This document shows positions 45,915 to 57,630 of a stretch of DNA of 64,000 nucleotides, one piece after another. Source of the DNA: Cladosporium halotolerans (taxonomy: Eukaryota); contig NW_027191452.1 of assembly GCF_011745625.1 (NCBI RefSeq), positions 434,001 to 498,000 on the forward strand. Direction: 5' to 3'. The position numbers and the translations under genes were made by a program. Every line of letters starts with the position of its first letter. Within the stretch, counting starts at the first letter, position 1. The notes under the pieces were generated by a model that was given only the letters and a program-made list of their open reading frames with translations, had not been told where the DNA came from and made no database searches.

Positions 45915-46288
45915 GAGTTGTGAAGCACGCCTTCTCACACGAATTTAGATTACGATCCGGTATCATGAAATGAAAAATTCTCTTTGCGTTCATACATGAT
46001 CAGGAACATATTTCTCACACTGTCCACGGTAAGCTTGATTATGTAGCTCTAGTCAATAGTCATCTCACACGCGAGAGAGTGTTATTGCCTTAGGCGTTCC
46101 GCAAGACGAGGCGCGCTCACAGATGTTCGGTGACATCAGTGGACGTGAGCGGAGATAGACGGAAGTTTGGCATTCGTTGCGAGTGCCCGCTTGAACGACG
46201 CCTTTAGATATTCTTAGGCCTTGTATTTCGAAACATCACAAGGAATATCACAAAACGCAGGTTATATCACCGCACATCCGAGATCATC

Positions 46289-46783
46289 ATGCAGCCCATC
46301 ACACGAGCATTCCGCACCGTGCGGCCAGGCTTCTTCCGCCGCCCATTCTCCACGACGCAGCCCGTCAAATCATCCTGGAGCCCGCAACCATCGCCACCAC
46401 GTCTCCCTAAGGAAGAGCAGGAGATCTTCGAGAAATTGCAAGAGCAATCTACCGGCGCCTTCAGCACTCCGCGCTCGGCCTCTTCACCCACGGACCCCGC
46501 GCCGCCTACCAAGAACCCCGTCGCGGACGAGCACGGCAACGTGGGCGAGCCCGCGCGCTCAGCTCAGGCGGATGACATGCTTGCGCAGCTGAAGGAGCGC
46601 GCGAGAGTGTCTGCGAATGGCGAAGGAGAGGAGCTACACCCGAATGTCCGGCGAGGCGCTGCGCCTGAGTTCGAGGGCGATGTGAACCCGAAGACTGGAG
46701 AGGTGGGAGGCCCGAAGAACAACCCTCTGAGATGGGGCGAGACGAGCGATTGGAGCTACAATGGAAGAGTGACGGACTTTTAA
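46289..46783 (+). CDS. SDH8: Succinate dehydrogenase assembly factor 4 (DUF1674)
   Basis: Mitochondrial presequence-like N-terminus, PSPPRLPKEEQ, EFEGDVNPKTGEVGGPK and DWSYNGRVTDF. Confidence 0.92.
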   Translation: MQPITRAFRTVRPGFFRRPFSTTQPVKSSWSPQPSPPRLPKEEQEIFEKLQEQSTGAFSTPRSASSPTDPAPPTKNPVADEHGNVGEPARSAQADDMLAQLKERARVSANGEGEELHPNVRRGAAPEFEGDVNPKTGEVGGPKNNPLRWGETSDWSYNGRVTDF

Positions 46784-47089
46784 GAGGAGGAACTATGTTA
46801 CGGATCGTGAATGCGGAGGCAGATCTATATCTACATACGGCGGCGCCTCTGGCACACGTCTTCAAAAAGGCGAGTATGCAATAGTGGCAATAGATGGGTA
46901 GGAACATTGTTAAACGTTTGTGGACGCTACAGCCACCTTGAACAACGTATTGATTCCCTTGCGCGCATTGCTATCGGCGAGCCTTCAGGTGCTGTCCATG
47001 TTGTCATTGCAAGAAGCGGATTTTGCTGCACTCGCAGGTGTCAGACGAATTGCAAAGGAAGCACACGTTCACGATATTATGATTACACG

Positions 47090-47726
47090 CTAAAGCTTGC
47101 CCATCATGTTCCCACCACCGCTGTTGTACTTGTTCTGCTCGCAGGTGCTAATGATAGCGCCATCTCTTTCCCTTTTCATCACGCCCTGCAGCAAACACAT
47201 AGTCTTGCCGATTTGAACGATCAAGGGCAATGTTAGTACCTTGACTGATAGACGCAAGGACCCTTGTATAGGAACACTTACCTCCATCTCCATTCGAACC
47301 CACTCACCAAGTCTCGCAGTCCTTAGGAAATTGATGCTGAAGTTTCGACTGAAGCCCATTTCCTCCCAGAACCCACGCTTCGCCAATGGGAACGGCAAGT
47401 ATGCCATCGCTATGTCGTACGCCATGCACTGAGCTGCCCCATGGAGAAGATCTGCAGGGTTGCAATATTCGTACTCGACCGGGAACCTCCATGCGATTTT
47501 GACGCTCAGGTGGCTTTTGACCGCTGATACTACGGTCGTGGAGTCCTTCCAGCGAGATTGAAATTGCGGCTTTCCTTTTGACTGTTTGCCATAATCAGTT
47601 ACTCTGGCCTAATGTGGCTTTGTGAATCGGTATTGGGGGCTAAGATTTTACCTTCCTCGCTACAGGTCCATCGTGAAACGATTTGCTCACCAGGCCGGTC
47701 ACGTCAATCGTATCTGACTCTGACAT
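47090..47726 (-). CDS. Hotdog-fold thioesterase (PaaI/ACOT13-like), paralogue 1; second intron lacks its AG acceptor
   Basis: Intron 47651-47582. Contains YCNPADLLHGAAQ, GFSRNFSINFLR, IVQIGK and IISTCEQNK. The second intron-like segment is 47281-47222. Confidence 0.75.
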
Positions 47727-48208
47727 CTTTCCGATCTCTGATTGGTCTCCAACTTTGCTTCCTATGGAAGGAACGCCAAATGAGGAGTGGATCTAACACA
47801 GTAGAATTAGTGTTCACAAGATCATATGGGATCGGGATATTGTTAGGAAAGCATGAGCATAGCATGCGATTGAGCCATATAAACACACTGGCACGGCACG
47901 TATTTTTGAGATACGATTCGTTGGTAGCAGATTCGTAACTTGTTGAGTACTAAGAGTGATCTGATCTGCAGCGGTTTTGGCTGAAAGGGATAATGCACAG
48001 GCTTCCCGTTGTGGACCCTGATACCATCATGAGCAACGGAGGTGTCGGAATATGGAAGATCGGTGCTGATGCGGCGTGTTAGGAGTCGATTTCGATAGCC
48101 CATTTCTTATTTACGATCCAATTAGGATGTTGAAAGGGTCGCGAAGCATATGCTCGTCTGTCTGCATGCAGTTATCTAGCCCAAGTTCAGTGAAGAAGCT
48201 CGAGACCA

Positions 48209-48874
48209 TCACAGCTTGTTTCCTTTGTCCGCATCGACATTGTAGAGCTCATGTTCGCATGTGCTCACTACAGAGCCGTCTTCCTTTTTCAACACTCCTC
48301 TGAGCAAAGCTAAGCGTTTGCCAACGCTGACTGTCTGCGAAATTCTCAGCTTTCAGAGTCTTATCGAAGTTCTGCTCTTGACCCATTATTTCGGGCTTCA
48401 GGAGCATAATCCGGACTCACCTCACACTCCATCGTCAGCACATCTCCTTCCCTCGCAGGTCGAAGAAGGTTTACGTTGAACGACCTCGATGTCCCGTGAC
48501 TGCACCAAAAGTCCGGTTCCCGAGCAAGTGGACCCAGGCAGTACATTGTACACACGTCGTGGAAAAGCGTCTGAGCTGCGCCCGCGAGGGTCTTGCCAGG
48601 GTTCAGATACTCGGGGTGTACAGCAAAGCGGAAGCTGACTTTCGACTGCGTTGGGGAATATTGCACTGCTGAAGTCACCTCGAGGTTTTCGAACCAGGTC
48701 ATGTAGAAGGGTCTGGTCGGGAGGGATTTCAGCTGCGAGTGGTGTCAATGTTGCCGCTTACGATTTCATACACCCGTGTTGGGTCAGATTATGTAAATCA
48801 GTAGGCTCAAAGCGTACCTTTTGCTTTATTGCCCCTTCGATGAGATGCTTCGTCTGAGGGAGCACGTCTGTCAT
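48209..48874 (-). CDS. Hotdog-fold thioesterase (PaaI/ACOT13-like), paralogue 2, 3 exons
   Basis: Contains YLNPGKTLAGAAQ, GTSRSFNVNLLRPA, VSVGKR and VVSTCEHE. Introns at about 48817-48733 and 48420-48335. Confidence 0.8.
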
Positions 48875-49128
48875 TTTGGTTTCACGGTGATGGTGTGACT
48901 CGAAGAATCACTGGGAAGAGAACAATGTAGAGGACGTTGGACAGACTACGCTTGTAACGCCCACATACACGTTACCTCGGAACATACTGCACGAATAGCT
49001 CAGGCTCAGCCGGACTGATCGGCACGGTCATGGAGCGTTTCGATTGGGCTTGCAAACGAGACAGCTGCCAAGAACTGCCTAATACGCTGCAAGCTGCATC
49101 CTTCGCGATATTAAACGATCCACTTGTC

Positions 49129-50285
49129 TCATAGACGACGCTGTGCGTCAAGCTTAGCGATGTCACCACGCGCCCTCGCTGTCTCCCGCAAAATCTCCGC
49201 ATATTCGTCCGCCATGCTCTCCATACCCCTGCCCGCCCGGTACTGCTCTAGCTTCTCCTCCGCGGACTCGATTTTGCGCCTCAGGCTGATCTTCTCCCTC
49301 GACATCTCCGCAGAGCGCTCGCGAAGCTCGGCCTGCATCTCGCTCGAGTAAATTTGCGAAAGAAGCTGCTGATGCTGGACACCGAGCTTTTTCGCCATGC
49401 CTTCGGCGACTATGGCTAGATATTCCGCTTTGGCTTTGGAGGCTCGTGAGACTGCGCCGTGGATGGTTTGCTCCAATAGCCTGATGCTGGTGATGTAGAT
49501 TTGTTTGTACAGGTCGTGCACCATGTTAGTCTCGTGTGTGACTTTCAGGCGAGCTGCCGCAAGGTCTGATCTGCTCGTCGCGAGCGACCGTCTCAGGTTG
49601 GCCAGAGTTTGGGGTATGTAGGCAGCATCCATCCTATCCTCTGGCGATATAACACGTGCCAGTATCGCCGCATTCTTGTTCAGATTACGTTCAATGGACG
49701 CTGCAACTCGTGAGGGGTTTTCCTATCTCACTTAGCAATAGACCTCGAGATGCGAGCGATGAGCCACAGTACCACAAGCGCATCCACGTACTCCTGCACA
49801 ATATCCTGGTCTTCTTCGGGTACCTGTCCGTCCAGAGTTGCTGCTGTTATAGCAACCAGCTCTTGCAGCTGCACGCGTAAGTCAGATCGCCTTCTAGCAC
49901 GCAGGATGACTCTCGAGCCTACCTCGTCCGGTAATGTATCGGCTGTGCAAGATATGCTCCGTAATTCAGATTTGATCAGATCACGTTTCGCTGCTTCAAG
50001 TATTGCTGTTCGCAGATCCTATACCATGTCGTGTCAACAATGGGCCCCTTTTTGCGTTTGGGAGGTTTCGACAGCCATTGAAGCTGACACCCTTTCGTGA
50101 GATTGATCGTGTTATTATCAGTGTGTCATGAGGCTTACGGTGGCGAAGACATCGCGCTCCTTTTGCGCCTTCTGGTCGAATCCTGAAGAGCCGTCTGGGT
50201 TCAGTTTGTTTGTGCACAGGTCGCGGTAGAGGGCTTCGAATTGAGGGTTGTTGGCAAGTAATATAGGGTCCACTGGCGGCAGCAT
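49129..50285 (-). CDS. Coiled-coil protein, HAUS4/augmin subunit-like, 4 exons
   Basis: N-terminus MLPPVDPILLANNPQFEALYRDL..DGSS resembles the HAUS4 N-terminus. Three GT-AG introns join it in frame to the 49129-49632 coiled-coil ORF. Confidence 0.6.
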
Positions 50286-50592
50286 GTTTCTGCCCTTTCT
50301 AGCAGATCGAGAATCGCGGTAAGGCGGATGTTGGTGGTGTTTTGGACTCGAACGCAGGTGCTTTGCTTTCGTGGGGCAGGAGGCGAAGTTTGGGGCGAGC
50401 GCGTGCTGCACAAAGCGGAGAACATGATCAACGACTTGGTTGTGATTCAGCATGTGATTGAAACTAAACCGTAGATCTACCTCTTGCCTAATGCATTACT
50501 ACTGCTGCTCTTCAAAAATTTATCACGAAGAACGAGGCAATTTGACATTACAGACATATATAGAAAGAGCGCGATCAGCCTTTGTATGGAAT

Positions 50593-52278
50593 CTATCCTA
50601 CTTTCGTCTTCACGACAGGGTCTTTCAGCAAACCCACAGATTCAACCGCGTCCAGAACCCTTGAAGCAATGGACTCTGCGATGGGCACAAGCGTCCTGAC
50701 TACAGGAAGCGCAAGCACGATCTCAAGAATGGAAATCCAGATCATGGTGACCATCAGCACCATTCGGAGCAAGTAGTCCTTCCAAATAAGCTCTGGCTTG
50801 TGCCCTCTCGAGTACGTCGAGTCCACAAAATCGAATGGCAGCTTCGCGCCCAAATGGTCGATTGCGACCTTCAAGCCACTACTGAAGCCGTCCTCGTGAA
50901 AGCCGTATTTTGTCCAGGCGCCGCAGTAGCTCACACCGCGCGTATTTTGCAGAGCCTCCAAGCGCTTCTGCGCACGAACGGCCTCGACTGTGTAGAGCGG
51001 ATGTCTATAGATGAATTTCCCCTGCGTCAGGGCGGGGTCTGGCGCGTGACGGGGATTCATGGTGACCAAGACGGGGCCAAGTTTGCTCTCAGGCAGGTGC
51101 TGGAGGATGTTCATGCAGTAGGTCAAGCTCACCCCAGCCGGATGAGAGAGCTTTGAGGGCGCGGAATGCGTTAGATAGTTCCAGGCAGTCCATGTCGCAC
51201 GTCGTCGGGGCATTAGAGTAAGGTCTGAGTGCAAATAGCAGACGTTCTCAGTCGTCTGAAAAGCGGAAAACACATCCATCTCCTCTTGCGACACCTGCTG
51301 CAACTTGGACGGAGAGTTCGCAAAGTTCTTTGTGTCAGTTTTCGCGCCATGCTTTGAAAGTATTGGGAGCACGTCGTCTCCATGTGCTGCGATCACGACG
51401 TGATGAAACACGTCACCCTGAATGCGACTGGACTCAGAGTCGATCCAGGAGACGGTGACACCTGCATCCTTTTCCTTGGTTGGCCTGACAATGTTCGCGA
51501 CCTCGCAAGATGTATGTACGTGCAACTTGCCGGCAGGATATCCTTTTACGATCGCATCGATGTATCGCTGTGATCCGCCGGCAATGGTGAGCCAAGGTGG
51601 TCGGACTGCCAGCGTCGATAAGAGGTGGTGATTCCACATGAATCGAATCAGCGTGTGCGCCGGGAACTCCAGACTTGTCTTGTCCGGCGATGTACTCCAT
51701 ACTGCAGCAGTCATCGGGATTAAATAGTCGTCCTTGAAAGATTTGGAGTATCCCTCTTTCTCCAAGTACTCGCCAATGGTCATGTCTCGTGAGTATTTCC
51801 TGCCCTGAACCGGCGATCCGAATCGGCTGAGAGCGTCCTCGTCGTCATCAGCCAGAAGGTCCAAAGCAAATTGATTGAAGCGGACAATGTCAAAAATCAT
51901 GCGCCAATGTCGTGGTCTGAACAAATTGCGTCGCTGAGCGAAGATGCCCTGACCCTCTCCAGACCATTCAAAAGCGCCACTATCTCGTGAGACGCCGAAT
52001 GTCATCTCTGTCTCGACAGGATCGACACCGACTTCTTTGAGGAAGCGGATGAAGTTGGGATACGTGGCAGTGTTCATGACAATGAATCCAGTGTCGACCT
52101 GCACCGTTTGATCGCCGACCTCAAAAGGCTGCGTATTCGTGTGGCCTCCCAGCTTGGCCGATTTCTCGAAGACATGGACCTCATAATCCGTGTTCCTCAA
52201 CGCCCAAGCGGCACCCAGACCAGCACAACCGCTGCCTACGATGGCGACTTTGCGCCGATGTTCTTTGGCAGGCGCCAT
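50593..52278 (-). CDS. FAD-dependent oxidoreductase, amine-oxidase superfamily (COG2907-like)
   Basis: Contains VAIVGSGCAG, EK..KLGGH, VDTGFIV, YPNF and GAWTKYGFHEDGF, with a hydrophobic C-terminal segment. Confidence 0.85.
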   Translation of the reverse strand: MAPAKEHRRKVAIVGSGCAGLGAAWALRNTDYEVHVFEKSAKLGGHTNTQPFEVGDQTVQVDTGFIVMNTATYPNFIRFLKEVGVDPVETEMTFGVSRDSGAFEWSGEGQGIFAQRRNLFRPRHWRMIFDIVRFNQFALDLLADDDEDALSRFGSPVQGRKYSRDMTIGEYLEKEGYSKSFKDDYLIPMTAAVWSTSPDKTSLEFPAHTLIRFMWNHHLLSTLAVRPPWLTIAGGSQRYIDAIVKGYPAGKLHVHTSCEVANIVRPTKEKDAGVTVSWIDSESSRIQGDVFHHVVIAAHGDDVLPILSKHGAKTDTKNFANSPSKLQQVSQEEMDVFSAFQTTENVCYLHSDLTLMPRRRATWTAWNYLTHSAPSKLSHPAGVSLTYCMNILQHLPESKLGPVLVTMNPRHAPDPALTQGKFIYRHPLYTVEAVRAQKRLEALQNTRGVSYCGAWTKYGFHEDGFSSGLKVAIDHLGAKLPFDFVDSTYSRGHKPELIWKDYLLRMVLMVTMIWISILEIVLALPVVRTLVPIAESIASRVLDAVESVGLLKDPVVKTKVG

Positions 52279-52974
52279 TTTGTTGACGTCCCGGCTGCGA
52301 GACTGATGTGCCTTGCCTTTCCCTCCGAATAGACTCACTAGCGGCGTCAGACTGGACTAGTAAAAAGAGGTATTGATATGCGTTGGGGGAGGTGTGAACA
52401 AAGCCACAGATGGCAGGAATGGTGTGGCGCCCACCACGGCGCGATTGCTCTATCATCGATGATGGCACGATGGATACCAGCGGCAGCAACGGGCCGAAAG
52501 GCTAGCCTGGCGGAGAGATAGTGGAGTCCAGACTGGACCAAAAGACGAGAGAGATAGCATTGCCATAGGCATTATTATTGAACCTCGTATAGGATCGCTT
52601 TTGTTACATTTACCAGCACTTTGTAGATCACATACTGGACTGCCAAACGCGTACGTACATCGTGTTGTTGGCCCCCGCGCATGAGTCGCTGGCCGCAGTC
52701 AAGACCTCGGTCTAGGCCACATCGGGAAGGAAGCCGGCGTGGCAGTGGAGTTGCAGCGTGACGATGTCCCGGGCTTGCTTCCAAGGCATCAACATTCACT
52801 AACTCACTCCCCCATACACAGGCAGACTACCTCATACGTTGGACCAGCAGGGCGCATCAGTTCGAACTAAATTACCTCAGCGCTGCAAATCCCCACCAAT
52901 CCGCATCCACCCTTTCGCGACCGCTGCCGCAGAAGGCAAACACCCAACTGAAGCCCCCTCCATCGACAAGCACA

Positions 52975-53697
52975 ATGGACTCTGACGCAGGCTCCGAGCG
53001 CTTCGGCAGCTACGAGGCCGAGCTCAAGCTCGTACAAGCCGACCTCAGCCAGAAACTCGACCAGATCCCCGAACTGTCTGGCGAGCCCAGGAAGGCCGCG
53101 ATCAGCCAGGTGGAGCGCGCGCTCGAAGAAGCCGGCGAGATCCTGGATTCGATGCGCTTGGAGAAATCGAACATCCCGCAGAATCTGAAGACGAAAGTCA
53201 ATCAGCGCTTCCGGAATTACGAGAGCGACGTCGACGCCGCGAAGCGTAAGCTCAAGGGCTTCCAGAGCGACAAGGCGGCGCTTTTCGGCAACCGGTACAC
53301 GGACGACCCGTCGCGCGATGAGCAGCTGGAGCAGAGGCAGCAGCTGCTGAGTGGCACGGATAGGTTGGAGAGGAGCAGCGGCAGGCTGCGCGAGAGCCAG
53401 CGGATAGCGCTCGAGACTGAGGACATTGGGCGTAATACGCTTTCGGATCTTGCGAGCCAGCGCGAAACGATTGAGCACACGAGGGGTACACTGTTGGAGA
53501 GCGAGGGATACACGGACAGGAGTAACAAGACTCTGAGGGGCATGGCTCGAAGGTATTTACCGAGCCTGTGGTGAAACGATGAGAGGGTTCTGTGCTGACG
53601 ATTTATTAGGATGGCCACTAATAAGATGGTGACGATTGCGATCATCACCGTGCTGGTCCTCCTGATCATTGCGGTCATTGTCAGCAAGTTCAGGTAG
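52975..53697 (+). CDS. VTI1: Qb-SNARE Vti1, 2 exons
   Basis: Habc domain and SNARE motif QRQQLLSGTDRLERSS..ALETEDIG..QRETI. Intron 53553-53609 precedes the transmembrane exon MATNKMVTIAIITVLVLLIIAVIVSKFR*. Confidence 0.95.
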
Positions 53698-54118
53698 TTT
53701 TGTGCTGGTTTCACAAGCTCGGGGATTCACGGTTCACGGCGTTGAGCGCTGTAATATTACGAGGCAGTCTGCTTTATCTATTGATACCATACCCCAGAAA
53801 TGGTAGATGCATCCTAGACCTTCTTCAAATGCGACGTGGGTTTCAGGCGAAAGAAAAACGGGGCTATCCTGTGCTTGTATCCCTCAATATCTGAACGCTG
53901 CACTTTCCGTCGACTTAATAGTGTCCATTCTCTAAGTGCAGTCCTCGTATGAGTAGGTACTGGAAAAGTGGAGTTCTGTGTCCGCCAAACTCGGGAACCA
54001 TCCTCTGTTTGGGAAGATTTAAGGCGATATATTTTGCATCTGGGTATGAAAGATAGCCTGCCAACGCCGCGCTAAACCGATAGACATATCCACGAAGAAT
54101 GGGCCAGGCAAGACCAGC

Positions 54119-54865
54119 CTAGTCCTCCTTCATAGCCTCATCGCCGTCTCCGCCCTCGCCAAAAATATCCTCCATTTTGCCTTCTCCCTCTTCGTCTCCT
54201 TCCTCCTCCCCCGTACCGTCCACGCCACCCATATCTTCATCTTCTTGCTTCGCAGCTGACGGTGCGGCGCCGGCAGTTCCATTGACCCTCGGCTCGTCCT
54301 CTTCTTCCTCTGAATCCCACTCTTCCTTCAAACCCCAGCCAACTCCAGTGAGACAGTACTTCTCTTCCGGCAACTGCACGCCATATCCCCTCTCGACCTT
54401 CGGCAGCGCCACCCGATTCCGCTCCTGCGCCTGCTCCAACATGAACTCCTTCGGCAGCGCGGCCTCGAACGCATAGCCTTGCCTGCTTGCGATCGCCTGC
54501 CTCAGCGCCGTCACAGTGATATTGCTCCCGTCGTCGCCAGCAGCCGCGCGCCGCTTGTCCTGCGCTCCAGACGTGTATCCCTCCGCGCTCAGGCGCAGCG
54601 AGTCGGACAGCACGGACGATGTGTAGCGGTAGGCGAAGTCGAGGAGCTGCAGCGGGACCCGCTCTTGGTAGTTTTGCACGCCGAGGTTTTGCAGCACTGT
54701 ATGGATGAGGCGCGCATCGCGCGGGCGTTTGCTTAGACCATCGTCTTGTTGTGAGGTGAGAGGCGCTTCGGGGTCGGCTTTGGGCTGTGAATCTGCGGGC
54801 TTGTTGGCGGTATCGGTGGTAGGCGGTGTTGATGGGTGGCCGTTTTGGAGTTGAGGAGATGCCAT
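54119..54865 (-). CDS. TAF9: TFIID/SAGA subunit Taf9
   Basis: Histone fold RPRDARLIH..YQERVPLQLLDFAYRYT, then ERNRVALP, LPEEKYCLTG and an acidic tail. Confidence 0.93.
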   Translation of the reverse strand: MASPQLQNGHPSTPPTTDTANKPADSQPKADPEAPLTSQQDDGLSKRPRDARLIHTVLQNLGVQNYQERVPLQLLDFAYRYTSSVLSDSLRLSAEGYTSGAQDKRRAAAGDDGSNITVTALRQAIASRQGYAFEAALPKEFMLEQAQERNRVALPKVERGYGVQLPEEKYCLTGVGWGLKEEWDSEEEEDEPRVNGTAGAAPSAAKQEDEDMGGVDGTGEEEGDEEGEGKMEDIFGEGGDGDEAMKED

Positions 54866-55443
54866 TGTGGGTGTTGCGGTGTTGCGCGCAGCTTGATGAG
54901 TCTGTCGCGAAGGCTTGCACGCCAGCTAGCAGTCGGAAAAAAGATTGATCGCCGATGCAATACCGAGCACAAGAGAAGAAGCGGTTTTGAGTTACTCTCG
55001 GAGGGATTGGCTTGGACTGGGCGGATTCGAGCGGGTTAGTTTGTCAAGGGAAGTGAAGTGAATCGCACGATGAGGCTCTGAAGCGGCTTCCCCGCGAAAC
55101 GTGAAGTCGGGGATTCAGAACGCGGCTGGTGGCTGCGAACGACCGCATCTGGCAACCATCGCAACTGCGGTGCCTCAGCCGCAACTGGGTGTCTGAGAGT
55201 AGGCTATCAAGGGTTTTTCATTTCCGTTAATAGTACCTGAACACTGTCACGTCGGTCGTCTGCCATTTAGTCATTGTACTAGCTCCAGCACTGTAAAGGC
55301 AGCTTTGCCGGTTACAATAAAGTAGCCGAGGAAAACGCGTCTTCTAGACGCGTGCTTTCACGCCGATTGCCACAGGGCGTTGATAGCATCCACCCTAACA
55401 CTCTCGGACTCCCGGCGCGCTGAAGACTCGTTCTTTACCAGCC

Positions 55444-56403
55444 ATGTCTGGCTCTTACGACAATACTCACCGGGCATTCCTACAAGCTCTCCTCGCCCGC
55501 CCAACACTCACGTTCGCCGATGCACAACCCCTCATCGCCCTGATACAGACTCAGCAAGATCCCACCCGCCCGGTTTTAGAAGGCGACATCACACGTGCAG
55601 ATTTCGACCACTACATTCATGCCGTCAACAATGCGCTCTCGCCCTTCGACATGGAAGTCCGCAGCACGGCGCACCAGTCCGCGCGAGGTGTCGAAGTCTT
55701 CGCGCTCGTGAACACGGCTAGCGATGCCTTGACGCAAATGGCCACCGTGCATACCGCCGACGAGATTGCGTTCGTCAAGCGTGTGCTCGACTGCATGTTC
55801 GAAACGAACAACACCCGCCGCGCGGAAATCATGGCCGTCTCCGGTCAACAGGCTCTCAATCTCGCGAAAGCACCCGATGCGAGACGACAAAGCGGCGCCG
55901 TCGCAGACGACACTCAAAGTCAGGCCGCCAATGCCAGTCTGACCATGGCGCAAGCAGAGAAGGTCCTTCGGCTCCTTGTTGCCGAGTCCTGGTTTGAGCA
56001 GTCGCAACACGGCTTCTACACTCTGTCCCCGCGCGCTCTGATGGAACTCCGCGGCTGGCTACTAGACACGTACAACGACCGAGACGCCGAGTCCGACAAC
56101 TCGGATCAAGGGCACTTACACGAAAAGATCAAAGTATGCGCTGCGTGCCGCGAGATTGTCACACAAGGCCAGCGTTGCCCGGATCCGACGCTGCGGTGTC
56201 CGGCGCGCTTGCACTCTCACTGCGTTGGCAAGATGTGGCGCGCGCAAGGCGGTAGGGAGGTTTGTCCCAGTTGCTCGCGCGAATGGAAGAATCCATTGCA
56301 TGTGGGGGAGAAGGCAGCGAGAAGAGGCAGGCAGAGTGGGAGCGCGGGTGGGAGGGGACGACCAGGGCCTGCGGAATCGGAAGTCGCAAACGAAAGCGAG
56401 TAA
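55444..56403 (+). CDS. NSE1: Smc5/6 complex subunit Nse1
   Basis: Contains HRAFLQA, FALVNTASD..QMAT and LSPRALMELRGWL, with a C-terminal RING-like CAAC..C..C..HSHC..CPSC..W. Confidence 0.9.
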   Translation: MSGSYDNTHRAFLQALLARPTLTFADAQPLIALIQTQQDPTRPVLEGDITRADFDHYIHAVNNALSPFDMEVRSTAHQSARGVEVFALVNTASDALTQMATVHTADEIAFVKRVLDCMFETNNTRRAEIMAVSGQQALNLAKAPDARRQSGAVADDTQSQAANASLTMAQAEKVLRLLVAESWFEQSQHGFYTLSPRALMELRGWLLDTYNDRDAESDNSDQGHLHEKIKVCAACREIVTQGQRCPDPTLRCPARLHSHCVGKMWRAQGGREVCPSCSREWKNPLHVGEKAARRGRQSGSAGGRGRPGPAESEVANESE

Positions 56404-56888
56404 TGAGGGGCGTTGGTACGCAAGATTCCCTGGCTTGCAGGTGAGTTCACTTTTTAGTAGGGCCTCTTTTAGCGACGGCGTTTGGCGCACGCTCTATACG
56501 GACTTTGGAGCGCTGTTCGCTCAGTACACTGTGGAGACGATCTCTTGACGAGATAATGCGACATGTAAAAGGGAAATCCAGGAATGTCGCTTTTCTGGCA
56601 TGACAGGCATGAGAATATGAGATAATTGCAACAACGAAGTGTATCCATGAGACGCTTTCCTTTCGGCTGAACGCTGATGTTTCCGATTTGTACTTTTTCT
56701 CGTTTCCGTCTTCTCCGCTCGTCTAAAAGCACGCCGCACTCAATTCAAGACCGCGACGGGGAGCGAGAAAAGCCCCACACAACCCAGCAGCAGCGCCCTG
56801 CTGGATGCGCGATCGCAGCAGCATCCAGCCCAGAGAAAAGCGACATGAAAACTCCTTCCCCCGCGCCAGTGACCGGAAGATACACTCT

Positions 56889-57630
56889 TTAACGGTAAGA
56901 CTTCTGGTAGCGCGCACGGGCACCGGGACCGCCGAACTTCTTGGGCTCCATCCGCCTGTTGTCGGCGACGAGGAGGGTGCGGTCGTAGGCGACGAGGGCC
57001 TGCTTAAGCTGGTTCTTGCTGTGCTCGTCGACGTACTTCTGGTAGTAGGCGATCTGTAGGTGGGCGTGTGGTTAGTGCATGTTCGTTTTTCGAGGGGCGT
57101 TTCGCAAGAAATTTGCTCGTCGCGACGAGATTTTCGAGATCGGTTCGGGTAGACGTACAATGCCCTTGGCAATGGCCTGACGGATGGCGTAGACCTGGGA
57201 GGTGTGACCACCACCACGGACGCGGACGCGGATGTCAATGCCAGCTGTTACAGCAATTTGTTAGCGAATGTCCTCTTGCGTAAAATCTCCGACAACAATG
57301 GCCCCTCCCATTCCTTTCGCGCTGCGACCTTCCATTTCAGTAATCCCATCTCTTGTCTTTCCATTACTTCCACCCTATTCCCATCTCCCCACCTAATCCT
57401 CCAAAACATTTCCAGATCCTTCCCACATCCTTCTTTCAGGCGAACGTACCGAACTTGTCCAGACCGAGGAGGAGGACGGGCTCGTAGACCTTGAAGCGGA
57501 GGACCTGGGGCTCAACAAGGCTCAGAGGCTGGCCGTTGACCTTGATGAGGCCCTTGCCGGCCTTGCAGTGCGCGACGGCGGTGGCGGTCTTCTTCTTGCC
57601 GAAGCACTGGACGGACTGAACGGACGCCAT
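56889..57630 (-). CDS. RPS16: 40S ribosomal protein S16 (uS9), 3 exons
   Basis: Contains [43 protein letters not shown] and [19 protein letters not shown]. Introns 57449-57245 and 57158-57054. Confidence 0.97.

Noticed and set aside
53553..53609. Soluble Vti1 lacking a transmembrane anchor, as shown in the ORF track
   Set aside because: A canonical intron (GTATTT..GCTGAC..TAG) restores the transmembrane exon.
57054..57449. Intronic snoRNA in RPS16 introns; 14-bp palindrome CTCGTCGCGACGAG in intron 2
   Set aside because: I found no C/D or H/ACA box arrangement, and the palindrome alone is not enough evidence.
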